Shown piece after piece: positions 18,866 through 28,612 of a DNA stretch of 64,000 bases. The stretch is taken from contig DAOVJY010000002.1 of NCBI GenBank assembly GCA_030632085.1, positions 141,325-205,324 on the forward strand. Reading direction: 5' to 3'. Within the stretch, counting starts at the first letter, position 1, and every line of letters starts with the position of its first letter. A model generated the notes under the pieces. It did not search any database and had not been told where the DNA came from. It saw nothing but the letters and a program-made list of their open reading frames with translations. The position numbers were made by a program, and so were the translations under genes. The DNA is from Candidatus Omnitrophota bacterium (GTDB taxonomy: Bacteria; Omnitrophota; Gorgyraeia; JAGLLT01).

Positions 18866-19381
18866 ATGCAGCTTATTATTACTGGAAGGCATTTTGATAT
18901 TACCGAGGGGATAAAAGATCATATAAAGGAAAAAGTTGTTAAGTTTGAAAAATATCTCACGAAGATAATAGAGGTTCATGTCGTTTTAAGCATAGAGCGC
19001 GAAAGACAGCTGGCTGAAATCATTTTAAATAGCTCTGATGTTAAATTGCTCGGGAAAGAGGAATCCGGTGATATGTACTCCTCTATTGATGCTGCCGCGA
19101 GTAAAATTGAACATCAGTTAAAGGATCGCAAGGAAAGGTTGAAGCATCACAAAAGAAAACCTCTTAAGGAAGATGAGAAATTACTTGAGGTAGATGAAGA
19201 GATTCCATTAATTATTGAAGATAAAAGAAACCTTGATAAACTTATGAGCCCGGAGGAAGCAATATTGGAGCTTGGTGCTCAGGAAGTGGAATTTATAGTT
19301 TTTAAGGATAGAAATGATAATAAAAGAAAAGTGCTTTATAAAAGGCACGATAATAATTACGGGCTAATTGTGATTGAATAA
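18866..19381 (+). CDS. hpf: Ribosome hibernation promoting factor (sigma-54 modulation protein family, long form)
   Basis: MQLIITGRHFDITEGIKDHIKEKVVKFEKY… with the C-terminal extension typical of long HPF. RBS AAGGAG sits 9 nt upstream of ATG 18866. Confidence 0.85.
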   Translation: MQLIITGRHFDITEGIKDHIKEKVVKFEKYLTKIIEVHVVLSIERERQLAEIILNSSDVKLLGKEESGDMYSSIDAAASKIEHQLKDRKERLKHHKRKPLKEDEKLLEVDEEIPLIIEDKRNLDKLMSPEEAILELGAQEVEFIVFKDRNDNKRKVLYKRHDNNYGLIVIE

Positions 19382-19396
19382 GTTCAAGGAGGAACA

Positions 19397-19864
19397 TTGA
19401 TGAAAATATTAGATTTTTTAGATCAGAATGCTGTCAGCGCGAATTTAAAATCGACAGACAAAAAAGCAATTATAAATGAACTTGTAGATTTATTAGTTGC
19501 CAGCGGCAAGGTAAAAAATGCCGACGAAATAATTAAAATACTTTTAGAAAGAGAGTCTTTGGGTTCAACCGGAATCGGCCTGAGTATTGCTATTCCTCAT
19601 GGAAAATCATCAAAAATTTCACAGATGATAGGAGCTATAGGGATATCTAAAAACGGTGTAGATTTTGAAGCTTTAGATGGTGAACCGGTTTATATATTCT
19701 TTTTGCTTTTAGCACCCGCCGATTCAGCAGGGCCCCACTTAAAAGCTTTAGCTAGAATATCACGATTACTTAAAGATAAATATTTCCGTGATTCTTTAAA
19801 AGACGCGACAAGTAAAGAGAATCTTCTCGCGATAATCAGGCGTGAAGACGAAGTTAAGGATTAA
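19397..19864 (+). CDS. ptsN: PTS IIA-Ntr type protein (nitrogen regulatory IIA)
   Basis: EIIA-2 fold with active-site AIPHGK; 155 aa. Confidence 0.85.
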   Translation: MMKILDFLDQNAVSANLKSTDKKAIINELVDLLVASGKVKNADEIIKILLERESLGSTGIGLSIAIPHGKSSKISQMIGAIGISKNGVDFEALDGEPVYIFFLLLAPADSAGPHLKALARISRLLKDKYFRDSLKDATSKENLLAIIRREDEVKD

Positions 19865-21133
19865 TTGCGGAGTCAGATTATTATGAATAAACTTAAATGG
19901 TTGCTTCCCGGTATGGGTATTAAGCGTTGGATTATGTTATGTGTCGCGGGTATTGGTTTATTGGTTTTGGGCGCGTTTCTTTTGGGCAGCTTCAAAATAG
20001 GAGCCGGTAATCTATTTTTGTCTATCTTAGGGATTGTAATATTGTTAGGAGGCGTTTATTTTTTAGTTGTCGGCGTCAAGGAATTAATAAGGTTTATTAT
20101 CAATGTCCTTTTGCCTCAGCGTGAATCAGAACTCGTCGATATTGTCTACGCGAAGCAGCATTTATCTAAAGGCCATAATATAGTAGCCCTTGGCGGCGGA
20201 ACCGGTTTGTCCGTTTTGCTGCACGGACTTAAAAGATATACAAGTAATATAAGCGCCATAGTAACTGTTGCTGATGATGGGGGTTCTTCGGGCAGGCTTC
20301 GTGAAGAATTTGATATGCTGCCTCCTGGAGATATAAGAGATTGTTTGGTGGCGCTGGCTGACGCGGAACCATTAATGCGTGATTTATTTCAATTTCGTTT
20401 TGAGAAAAATTCTCCGTTGAGCGGGCATAACTTCGGTAATCTTTTTATTACCGCAATGACGAAACTGACGGGTGATTTTGAAAAAGCGATTAAAGCTTCA
20501 AGTAAGGTTTTGGCCATTAGGGGGCAGGTAATTCCTTCTACTTTAAGAAAAGTTACCCTTATCGCTACACATAAGAATGGCAAGATCACCAGGGGTGAAA
20601 CTAATATTACCGCGAGTGAGCAAAAAATTGATAAAGTTTACCTGGAGCCGGAAAATTGTGAGGGCACAAAAGAGGCTATAGAAGCTATTCTAAAAGCTGA
20701 CGCGGTTATACTTGGCCCCGGAAGCCTTTATACGAGCATATTGCCTAATCTCCTAATTAATGATATTAAGAAGGCTGTACGTGAGTCCGCGGCCCCCAAG
20801 ATTTATGTTTGTAATGTTATGACTCAGTCGCATGAGACTGATACTTATTCAGCCGGTGAGCACGTAAAGGCGATAATCGAGCATGCAGGGGACGATATAA
20901 TTGATTATGTAATTGTAAATAAGCAAAAAATATCCGGAGAATTTTTGGAAAAATATAAGAAAGAAAACGCCTATCCGGTTAATAATGATAGTGATCTTAT
21001 AAGAGATTTAGGCTATACGGTTATTGAGGAAAATGTTATTAATACGGTTGATCATGTAAGGCATAATTCTGAAAAATTAACAGAGATTATAATTGAACTC
21101 ATAAGTGATATTAAGACGTTCAAGGGCATTTAA
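19865..21133 (+). CDS. YvcK/UPF0052 family protein (CofD-like, gluconeogenesis factor) with N-terminal transmembrane helices
   Basis: IVALGGGTGLSVLLHGLKRYTSNISAIVTVADDGGSSGRLREEFDMLPPGDIRDCLVALAD. Confidence 0.8.
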   Translation: MRSQIIMNKLKWLLPGMGIKRWIMLCVAGIGLLVLGAFLLGSFKIGAGNLFLSILGIVILLGGVYFLVVGVKELIRFIINVLLPQRESELVDIVYAKQHLSKGHNIVALGGGTGLSVLLHGLKRYTSNISAIVTVADDGGSSGRLREEFDMLPPGDIRDCLVALADAEPLMRDLFQFRFEKNSPLSGHNFGNLFITAMTKLTGDFEKAIKASSKVLAIRGQVIPSTLRKVTLIATHKNGKITRGETNITASEQKIDKVYLEPENCEGTKEAIEAILKADAVILGPGSLYTSILPNLLINDIKKAVRESAAPKIYVCNVMTQSHETDTYSAGEHVKAIIEHAGDDIIDYVIVNKQKISGEFLEKYKKENAYPVNNDSDLIRDLGYTVIEENVINTVDHVRHNSEKLTEIIIELISDIKTFKGI

Positions 21134-21134
21134 G

Positions 21135-21395
21135 ATGCAACTTCAGAAGAAAATAAAAATAAATAATGTAAGCGGGCTGCATGCCAGGCCGGCGGCCTTA
21201 TTTGTGCAAATAGCTAATAAATACGATAGCGAGATTATTTTAAAAAAAGATATCCAGGAAGTAAATGGTAAATCCATAATGGGGATTATGATGCTGGCGG
21301 CTGAGCATGGAAGTGAAATAATTCTGGAAGTTGAGGGAGATGATGCCCGGGAAGCCATGAAAGAGCTGGAAGAATTTTTAAAAAAGAAAAAATAA
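21135..21395 (+). CDS. ptsH: Phosphocarrier protein HPr/NPr
   Basis: NNVSGLHARPAALFV with the active-site His; ~86 aa. The ATG at 21135 is preferred over the longer ORF from 21105, which overlaps yvcK. Confidence 0.85.
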   Translation: MQLQKKIKINNVSGLHARPAALFVQIANKYDSEIILKKDIQEVNGKSIMGIMMLAAEHGSEIILEVEGDDAREAMKELEEFLKKKK

Positions 21396-21419
21396 CAAAA
21401 ATATAAAAGAGGTTAAGAT

Positions 21420-23171
21420 ATGAATTTAAAAGGGATAGCCGCATCACCGGGTTTGGTAATTGGAACGGCGTATCTAGTAGACGATGAAAGCATGTCCGTT
21501 CCCAAAAGAAAAGTTCCTAAAGAAGAACTGCCTCTTGAAATAGCCAGGTTTGAAGAAGCGCTTATAAAAACACGTTCAGAAATCATTGAGATAAAAAACA
21601 AGATAATTGAAGAGCTTGGACATGAGCATGGTGAAATATTTGACGCGCACCTATTAGTTCTAGAAGATAGAGCTCTTATTGAAGAAGTAATTTCATCTTT
21701 AAAGAAAGATCTGTATTCGGCAGAATACGCTTTTTCTCAAGTTTTAGAAAGATATATAAGCGCGTTTATAAAAATTGATGATGAATATTTAAGAGAACGC
21801 TTAAGTGATATTCAGGATGTGGGACGAAGAATTCTTCATAATTTACTGGGAGGCCACCAGGCTTTACTTAAGGATTTAAAAAATGAGGTTGTGCTTGTGG
21901 CTTACGATTTATCTCCCAGTGACACGGCGTCTATGCCCAGGGATAAGATATTAGCTTTTGTAACTGATATCGGAGGCAGGACTTCGCACACGGCTATTAT
22001 GGCCCGCTCTTTGGAAATTCCCGCTGTTGTCGGTATAGAGACAGCCACAAAAGATGTTAAAAATGGTGATATTATAATTGTTGACGGTAGCGACGGATTA
22101 ATTTACGTTAATCCTAATAAGGCAACTATGCAGAAATTCAAAAGGAGCCAAAAAGAACGGACGGTTTTAGCAAGAGAATTAGCAAAGATAAAAGATTTAC
22201 CAGCCGAAACAATAGATAAGCACAAAATACAACTTTCAGCTAATATTGAGTTCCCGGAAGAAATACCTTCAATACAAGCTCATGGCGCTGATGGAATTGG
22301 GCTTTACAGGACAGAGTATTTTTATATGAACCGCGTCGGTTTACCTACCGAAGATGAACATTTTGAGGCCTATAAGAAAGTGGCTGTGCAGATGAAGTCC
22401 GAAATGGTTATAATTAGAACTATGGATTTGGGAGGAGATAAATTTATTTCCCAATTAGAAATCCCCAGAGAAATGAACCCCTTTTTAGGTTGGAGAGCCA
22501 TAAGGTTTTGCCTGGCTCGTCCGGATATATTTAAAATTCAGCTGCGGGCAATATTAAGAGCCAGCGTTTTCGGAAATCTAAAACTTATGTATCCTATGAT
22601 ATCCGGAGTTGAAGAAGTTAAAGAAGCCAATAAAATTCTAAAAAGCTGTAAAAAAGAGCTTGAAAAGGAAAATGTAAAGTTTAATAAAAACTTGAAGGCA
22701 GGCGTTATGATTGAAATTCCATCAGCCGCTTTGACAGCTGACATATTAGCTGATGAGGTTGATTTTTTCTCAATCGGAACTAACGATCTTATTCAGTATT
22801 CCATGGCGGTTGATAGGTCAAATGAAAAGATAGCCTATTTATATAATCCGGCTCACCCGGCAGTCTTAAGACTAATTCAGAATGTCATTAATATCGGGCA
22901 TAAAAAAGGTATTTGGGTAGGCATGTGCGGCGAAATGGCCGCCGATCCGGCAATGGCCTTACTTTTAGTCGGTATGGGCTTGGATGAATTTAGTGTTTCT
23001 CCTATAAGTGTTCCTACCGTAAAGAAGATGATTCGTTCCGTTAGTTTCAAAGAAGCTCAAAATATAGCAAAGCAAGCGTTAAAACTACCATCAGGTGATA
23101 AGATAAAAGTTTTTCTTAATAACAAGGCTAAAGAAATATGTCCGGAGTTATTATTATCAGGGAATAAGTAA
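21420..23171 (+). CDS. ptsI: Phosphoenolpyruvate-protein phosphotransferase (PTS enzyme I)
   Basis: GIAASPGLVIG…GGRTSHTAIMARSLEIPAVVG…DFFSIGTNDLIQY; 583 aa with no N-terminal GAF, so EI rather than the PtsP type. Confidence 0.9.
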   Translation: MNLKGIAASPGLVIGTAYLVDDESMSVPKRKVPKEELPLEIARFEEALIKTRSEIIEIKNKIIEELGHEHGEIFDAHLLVLEDRALIEEVISSLKKDLYSAEYAFSQVLERYISAFIKIDDEYLRERLSDIQDVGRRILHNLLGGHQALLKDLKNEVVLVAYDLSPSDTASMPRDKILAFVTDIGGRTSHTAIMARSLEIPAVVGIETATKDVKNGDIIIVDGSDGLIYVNPNKATMQKFKRSQKERTVLARELAKIKDLPAETIDKHKIQLSANIEFPEEIPSIQAHGADGIGLYRTEYFYMNRVGLPTEDEHFEAYKKVAVQMKSEMVIIRTMDLGGDKFISQLEIPREMNPFLGWRAIRFCLARPDIFKIQLRAILRASVFGNLKLMYPMISGVEEVKEANKILKSCKKELEKENVKFNKNLKAGVMIEIPSAALTADILADEVDFFSIGTNDLIQYSMAVDRSNEKIAYLYNPAHPAVLRLIQNVINIGHKKGIWVGMCGEMAADPAMALLLVGMGLDEFSVSPISVPTVKKMIRSVSFKEAQNIAKQALKLPSGDKIKVFLNNKAKEICPELLLSGNK

Positions 23172-24244
23172 TGGTTAAAAATTTAGATAGTTTAAAAAAT
23201 ATTAAAAAATATGATCAAAGCAATATGGCTTTAATTTTAGAAGCCTTTGCCTTGCAGTGCCGGGATGCTCTGGCTATCGCGGATAAAACAGTTATGCCCG
23301 CCGCTTATAAAAAGAAAGAATTTAGAAATATTGTATTTTGCGGTATGGGCGGCTCGGCCATTGGAGCTGATTTAATTAAAGATATCTTAAGAGATGAATT
23401 AAAAATACCGTTATTTGTTTGCCGGCAGTATACTTTACCGGCTTTTGTAAATAAGAGTTCTTTAGTTGTTATCTCGAGTTATTCCGGTAATACCGAGGAA
23501 ACATTATCCTGTTTTAGGGAGGCGCTAAAGAGAAAATCGGCTGTAGTGGTAATTGCCTCCGGAGGTAAACTGGAACGTTTATCAGAAGAACACAATTTGC
23601 CTTTTCTTAAAATTCACGCTGATTATCCTCCTCGGTGCGCTTTAGGTTTTTCTTTTTTCTGCGGGCTCAAGGTTTTAGGCAGGTTAAAGCTTATCAGAGA
23701 AATGTCTAAAGATATTTCAGAAACCGCGGAGATACTGGACGATTTGGGAGTGCTTATGGTACCGGCGGTAAAAACGGAACATAATGAACCTAAAAAGATT
23801 GCGCGGATGTTAGCTAATAAGTTTATTGTTATATATTCGTCTTCAGAGTTCAGTGAAGCCGTATCCGTACGTTTTAGAGAGCAGTTAGCTGAAAACAGTA
23901 AAACATTTTCCTCTATCAATTTTATCCCGGAATTAAACCACAATGAGATTGAAGGTTGGAATAAGCCGGCATCAATGTTAAAAAATACAGCTGTAATTAT
24001 GTTAGAAGACTGTGGCGCATCAAGAAAAATTAGACGCAGGTTTGATGTGACAAAAAAAGTAATTAAACCCACTGGGTGCAAAATTATTACATTAGTCGCG
24101 GTAGGAAAAAGTAAAATGGCTAAAATATTCGGTTTGATATATTTTTGCGATTGGCTGAGTTATTATTTGGCAATTATAAATAACGTTGACCCATATCCGG
24201 TGAAGAGGATTGAGAAGCTGAAAAAAGAATTGGCAAGGAGTTAG
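23171..24244 (+). CDS. Bifunctional phosphoglucose/phosphomannose isomerase family protein (SIS domains)
   Basis: IVFCGMGGSAIGADL…ISSYSGNTEET. ATGG overlap with ptsI. Confidence 0.7.
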   Translation: MVKNLDSLKNIKKYDQSNMALILEAFALQCRDALAIADKTVMPAAYKKKEFRNIVFCGMGGSAIGADLIKDILRDELKIPLFVCRQYTLPAFVNKSSLVVISSYSGNTEETLSCFREALKRKSAVVVIASGGKLERLSEEHNLPFLKIHADYPPRCALGFSFFCGLKVLGRLKLIREMSKDISETAEILDDLGVLMVPAVKTEHNEPKKIARMLANKFIVIYSSSEFSEAVSVRFREQLAENSKTFSSINFIPELNHNEIEGWNKPASMLKNTAVIMLEDCGASRKIRRRFDVTKKVIKPTGCKIITLVAVGKSKMAKIFGLIYFCDWLSYYLAIINNVDPYPVKRIEKLKKELARS

Positions 24245-24247
24245 TTT

Positions 24248-24988
24248 ATGAAGGGAATTATTCTAGCCGCAGGTTACGCTACAAGGTTATATCCGTTAAC
24301 GAAGGATAAGTCAAAGCCGCTATTACCCGTAAAGGGTAAGCCGATAATAGATTATATTTTGAGAAAAATAGAAGGCCTGGCCGACCTGGACAAGGTTTAC
24401 GTTGTGACAAATGATAAGTTTTATAATGATTATCTTGAATGGTCGCGCAAAAGCCCCTTTTCTAAAGAGTTAGTTATTATTAATGATAATACCTTAGAAG
24501 ATGAAGCTAAGCTGGGTGCTATTGGGGATATAGATTATGTTCTAAAATCACAAGGTATTGAGGATGATATCCTGATTATCGCGGGCGATAATCTCTTTAA
24601 TTTTAATATTGCGTCGTTTGTGGAAAAAGGTTATAATGTAAAACCGTCCGCCTCTATGGGAATATATGATATTAAAGATATTAAAGCGGCGCATCTCTAT
24701 GGAATAGTGGCTTTAGATGAGAGAGGCTTAATAGTTGAATTTCAGGAGAAACCGGCTGAACCAAAAAGTACATTGGCGGCAGTAGGTGTTTATTTACTAC
24801 CAAATGATATAGCCCGGCTGATTCCCGATTATTTATCTGAAGGTAATAGCCCGGATCAACCGGGGCATTTTATGTCTTGGTTATCTAAGCAGGGTAAGTT
24901 GTACGGATTTGAGTTAACGGGTGATTGGTATGATATCGGTAGTATAGAATCTTACAATAAAGCGAATGAATCTTACGAGGAGGGTTAA
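24248..24988 (+). CDS. Sugar-phosphate nucleotidyltransferase (NTP_transferase fold; mannose-1-P/glucose-1-P nucleotidyltransferase-like)
   Basis: [36 protein letters not shown]. Confidence 0.75.
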   Translation: MKGIILAAGYATRLYPLTKDKSKPLLPVKGKPIIDYILRKIEGLADLDKVYVVTNDKFYNDYLEWSRKSPFSKELVIINDNTLEDEAKLGAIGDIDYVLKSQGIEDDILIIAGDNLFNFNIASFVEKGYNVKPSASMGIYDIKDIKAAHLYGIVALDERGLIVEFQEKPAEPKSTLAAVGVYLLPNDIARLIPDYLSEGNSPDQPGHFMSWLSKQGKLYGFELTGDWYDIGSIESYNKANESYEEG

Positions 24989-24990
24989 TT

Positions 24991-26142
24991 GTGTTTAAAA
25001 AGGATCCACATTTGTTCACTTCAGAATCAGTTACAGAAGGACATCCGGATAAAGTAGCTGACCAAATTTCGGACGCGGTTCTCGATGCTATTTATAAAGA
25101 AGACCCGGACGGTAGAGTTGCTTGCGAAACCCTGGTAACTACCGGGATAGCTTTTGTAGCCGGTGAAATTACAACTAATTGTTATGTAGATGTCCCTACT
25201 GTAGTAAGAAACACTTTGAAAGACATAGGTTATACTGAGCCGGAGTATGGATATGATTATAAAACTATTGGTGTTATTACCGCTATCCAGGCTCAGTCTA
25301 AGGATATAGCTATGGGTGTTAATACGGGCGGTGCCGGTGATCAGGGTATGATGTTTGGTTATGCTACAAATGAAACTAAAGAATTAATGCCTATGCCTAT
25401 CCTGCTGGCCCATAAACTTACCAGAGAATTAAGTAGGATTAGAAAAGAGAAAAAAGTAAGTTATCTCAGGCCGGATGGTAAATCCCAGGTTACTATAGAA
25501 TATGATAATGCCAAGCCTAAGAGAGTTGAGGCGGTTGTTTTAAGTGCCCACCATTCTCCTAAAGTAGACATTGAAACTGTAAGAAAAGATCTTAAGAAAA
25601 TGGTTATAGATACTATTATTCCGAAAGATTTAATTGATGATAAGACCAAGATTTATATTAATCCAACCGGTAGATTCGCGGTTGGAGGGCCTGTAGCCGA
25701 TACGGGCTTGACCGGCCGAAAGATTATCGTTGATACATACGGAGGTGTTGGGAGTCACGGCGGCGGTGCTTTCTCAGGTAAAGATCCGACGAAGGTTGAT
25801 AGGTCCGCTTCATACTACGCCAGGTATATAGCCAAAAATATAGTAGCCGCTAAACTGGCCGATAGATGTGAAGTTCAATTAGCGTATGCTATCGGTGTAG
25901 CTGAGCCGGTTTCAGTTATGATTAATACATTCGGCACGGGTAAAATATCCGATGTCGCTATAAATAAACTTGTGCGTAAAAATTTTGATATGACCCCAAG
26001 AAGCATAATTGAAGAGTTGCATTTAAAGAGGCCGATTTACAGGAAGACCGCGGCTTATGGCCATTTTGGCAGAGAAGATGAAGATGGTTTTAGCTGGGAG
26101 ATAACCGATAAAGCGCATATTTTAAAAAAGAGTATTAAATAA
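24991..26142 (+). CDS. metK: S-adenosylmethionine synthetase
   Basis: [25 protein letters not shown]…[20 protein letters not shown] start with RBS AGGAGG. Confidence 0.95.
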   Translation: MFKKDPHLFTSESVTEGHPDKVADQISDAVLDAIYKEDPDGRVACETLVTTGIAFVAGEITTNCYVDVPTVVRNTLKDIGYTEPEYGYDYKTIGVITAIQAQSKDIAMGVNTGGAGDQGMMFGYATNETKELMPMPILLAHKLTRELSRIRKEKKVSYLRPDGKSQVTIEYDNAKPKRVEAVVLSAHHSPKVDIETVRKDLKKMVIDTIIPKDLIDDKTKIYINPTGRFAVGGPVADTGLTGRKIIVDTYGGVGSHGGGAFSGKDPTKVDRSASYYARYIAKNIVAAKLADRCEVQLAYAIGVAEPVSVMINTFGTGKISDVAINKLVRKNFDMTPRSIIEELHLKRPIYRKTAAYGHFGREDEDGFSWEITDKAHILKKSIK

Positions 26143-26179
26143 GTTTGTTTAAGAAATTAAAAAAAGGAGTATATATTAA

Positions 26180-27436
26180 ATGAAGTATGACATTAAAGAT
26201 ATTAAACTTGCTAAAAAAGGAAAATTAAGAATTGAGTGGGCCGAAGAACGCATGCCTGTATTGAAATTAATTAGAAAAAGATTTAAAAAGGAAAAACCTC
26301 TCAAGGGTACAACCGTTGCTTGCTGCCTGCATGTGACGACAGAAACGGCTAATTTAGCTATAGCTTTAAAGGATGGCGGCGCTAATGTATCTGTCTGCGC
26401 TTCTAATCCTTTAAGTACTCAGGATGATGTAACGGCATCTTTGGTTAAAGATTATAAAATCCCTACGTTTGCAATAACCGGTGAGGATAATAAATCTTAT
26501 TATTCTCATATTAACGCTGTTTTAGATATGAAGCCTAATGTAACCATGGATGACGGAGCTGATCTTGTATCTACAATACATAAAAAAAGGCAGGACTTAG
26601 TTAAATATATTTTGGCCGGCACGGAAGAGACGACAACAGGTGTTATCAGGTTAAGAAGCCTGCAGAATGAAGGCTGTCTAATGTTTCCCGTATTTGCCAT
26701 TAATGACGCGCAGACAAAACACTTTTTTGATAACCGCTATGGTACCGGGCAATCAACCATTGATGGTATCTTAAGAGCGACAAATATTCTTTTAGCAGGT
26801 ACTAAATTTGTTGTTGCCGGATACGGTTGGTGTGGTAGGGGTGTTGCTATGCGGGCCAGAGGTATGGGTGCTAATGTTATCGTCTGCGAAGTAGATTCTT
26901 TAAAAGCCCTTGAGGCGCTAATGGACGGATATGACGTTATGCCTATGGATGAAGCGGCTCAGATTGGTGATGTTTTTCTCTCGACTACCGGTGATATACA
27001 TGTAGTTGATGTGAAGCATTTTAAGAAGATGAAAGACGGTGCTATTGTCGCGAATTCAGGCCACTTTGACGTTGAGATTAATATACCCGGCTTAAAGAAA
27101 ATAAGTAAGTCGAAAAGACGTATTAAAGAATTTGTAGATGAATACACTCTTAAAGATGGCAGAAGGATAAATATACTCGGTGAGGGCAGACTGATAAACT
27201 TAGCTTCAGCCGAAGGCCATCCGGCCAGTGTTATGGATATGAGCTTTGCTAATCAGGCCTTAACCTGCGAGTTTATTAAAAAGAATTACAAGCAATTTAA
27301 GAAAGAAGTCTACCGTGTACCTACTAAAATTGATGCGAATGTCGCCAAATTAAAATTGAAAGCCATGGGTATTAAGATTGATAATCTTACAAAAGAGCAA
27401 AAAGAGTATTTAGCCTCATGGCATATAGGTACGTAA
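26180..27436 (+). CDS. ahcY: Adenosylhomocysteinase
   Basis: [22 protein letters not shown]… and the NAD-binding region [22 protein letters not shown]. Confidence 0.95.
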   Translation: MKYDIKDIKLAKKGKLRIEWAEERMPVLKLIRKRFKKEKPLKGTTVACCLHVTTETANLAIALKDGGANVSVCASNPLSTQDDVTASLVKDYKIPTFAITGEDNKSYYSHINAVLDMKPNVTMDDGADLVSTIHKKRQDLVKYILAGTEETTTGVIRLRSLQNEGCLMFPVFAINDAQTKHFFDNRYGTGQSTIDGILRATNILLAGTKFVVAGYGWCGRGVAMRARGMGANVIVCEVDSLKALEALMDGYDVMPMDEAAQIGDVFLSTTGDIHVVDVKHFKKMKDGAIVANSGHFDVEINIPGLKKISKSKRRIKEFVDEYTLKDGRRINILGEGRLINLASAEGHPASVMDMSFANQALTCEFIKKNYKQFKKEVYRVPTKIDANVAKLKLKAMGIKIDNLTKEQKEYLASWHIGT

Positions 27437-27600
27437 AAACAGGATTAAGAATTAAGGATTAAGGATTAAGTAAAAAACCAAAATAAACATTGGGTGTAAA
27501 ATCGGGAATTAAGAAAAAACTTAATCCTTAGAGCGAACAAAGTGAGCGTCTTAATTCTTAGAGTGAGCGAATGCGAACGTCTTAATTCTTATTGAGGTAT
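27437..27600. repeat. Intergenic repeat element of the ATTAAGG / CGTCTTAATTCTTAGAG family
   Basis: AGGATTAAGAATTAAGGATTAAGGATTAAG beginning at the ahcY stop. Two direct copies of CTTAATTCTTAGAG(C/T)G…CGTCTTAATTCTT follow. A related copy lies at 57984-58245. Confidence 0.7.
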
Positions 27601-27606
27601 AATGAA

Positions 27607-28584
27607 ATGATGGAAAAGAGAATAAAGAAGATAGGTGTCATTACAAGCGGAGGAGATTGTTCCGGGATGAATGCCGCCTTGCGCAGTGTTGTCCGCTGCG
27701 CCATTTATAATGGCATTGAAGTCGTTGGTTTTTATAATGCCTATGCCGGATTAGTCAGGAACGAATGTATAAAAATGACGCGTCGTTCGGTTAGTAATAT
27801 AATTGGCCATGGAGGCACTATATTAAAAACCGAAAGATTTGATAAATTTAAAGAAAAAAAGTGGCAGAAAAAAGCGGTTGACGTTCTTAAAAAGAATAAA
27901 GTTGATGCCCTGGTTGTAATAGGAGGCAACGGTTCCTTCGCGGCCGCACACATATTAAGTAAAAATTGGGGTATAACTACTATAGGTATACCGGCTACGA
28001 TTGATAACGATATAAATGGTTCAGATTATGCTGTGGGTACATTTACAGCTGTTAATGTGGCCCTTGAGGCGATTGATAAAATTAGAGATACGGCTACAAG
28101 TATGGAGAGAATTTTTGTAGTGGAGGTTATGGGGCGTAAAGAAGGTTATATTGCTTCTTTGGTTGGTTTAGCCGGAGGAGTCGAAGATATTCTTTTACCT
28201 GAAAAACCTATCCATTTAGAGGAGATGTGCCGGGATATTATAAATGGCCGTAAAAGGGGCAAAAAAAGCTGGATAATTGTTGTTGCTGAAGGAGCCGGCA
28301 GAGCTCTTGATGTAGCTGATGCTATTACTTTAAAAACAGGTTTTGAGACTAGAGTTGTAGTTTTGGGCCATGTCCAGCGCGGCGGAGTTCCGAGTGCTTT
28401 TGATAGATCTTTAGCGTCCCGCTTTGGAGCGAAGGCTATAGAACTTCTACTTGAAGGCAAAACAGATAAAACCACTGCTATTCAGGCCAATGAAATAACT
28501 TCAATTGCGCTGGCAACCGCTATTAAACCGATCAAAAAGAGTAATTCCGAAATATATAAATTAACACGTATTTTAGCCAGCTAA
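27607..28584 (+). CDS. pfkA: ATP-dependent 6-phosphofructokinase
   Basis: KKIGVITSGGDCSGMNAALRSVVR…VIGGNGSF…MGRKEGYIA. ATG 27607 with RBS GAGGT; the ORF is open from TTG 27592. Confidence 0.9.
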   Translation: MMEKRIKKIGVITSGGDCSGMNAALRSVVRCAIYNGIEVVGFYNAYAGLVRNECIKMTRRSVSNIIGHGGTILKTERFDKFKEKKWQKKAVDVLKKNKVDALVVIGGNGSFAAAHILSKNWGITTIGIPATIDNDINGSDYAVGTFTAVNVALEAIDKIRDTATSMERIFVVEVMGRKEGYIASLVGLAGGVEDILLPEKPIHLEEMCRDIINGRKRGKKSWIIVVAEGAGRALDVADAITLKTGFETRVVVLGHVQRGGVPSAFDRSLASRFGAKAIELLLEGKTDKTTAIQANEITSIALATAIKPIKKSNSEIYKLTRILAS

Positions 28585-28612
28585 CCTTATATTAATGAAA
28601 AGGAGTTTTAGG

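Noticed and set aside
21420-23171. Whether enzyme I is the PtsP (EI-Ntr) type
   Set aside because: At 583 aa it starts directly with the EI N-terminal phospho-His domain. There is no ~170 aa GAF extension, so it was called generic ptsI.
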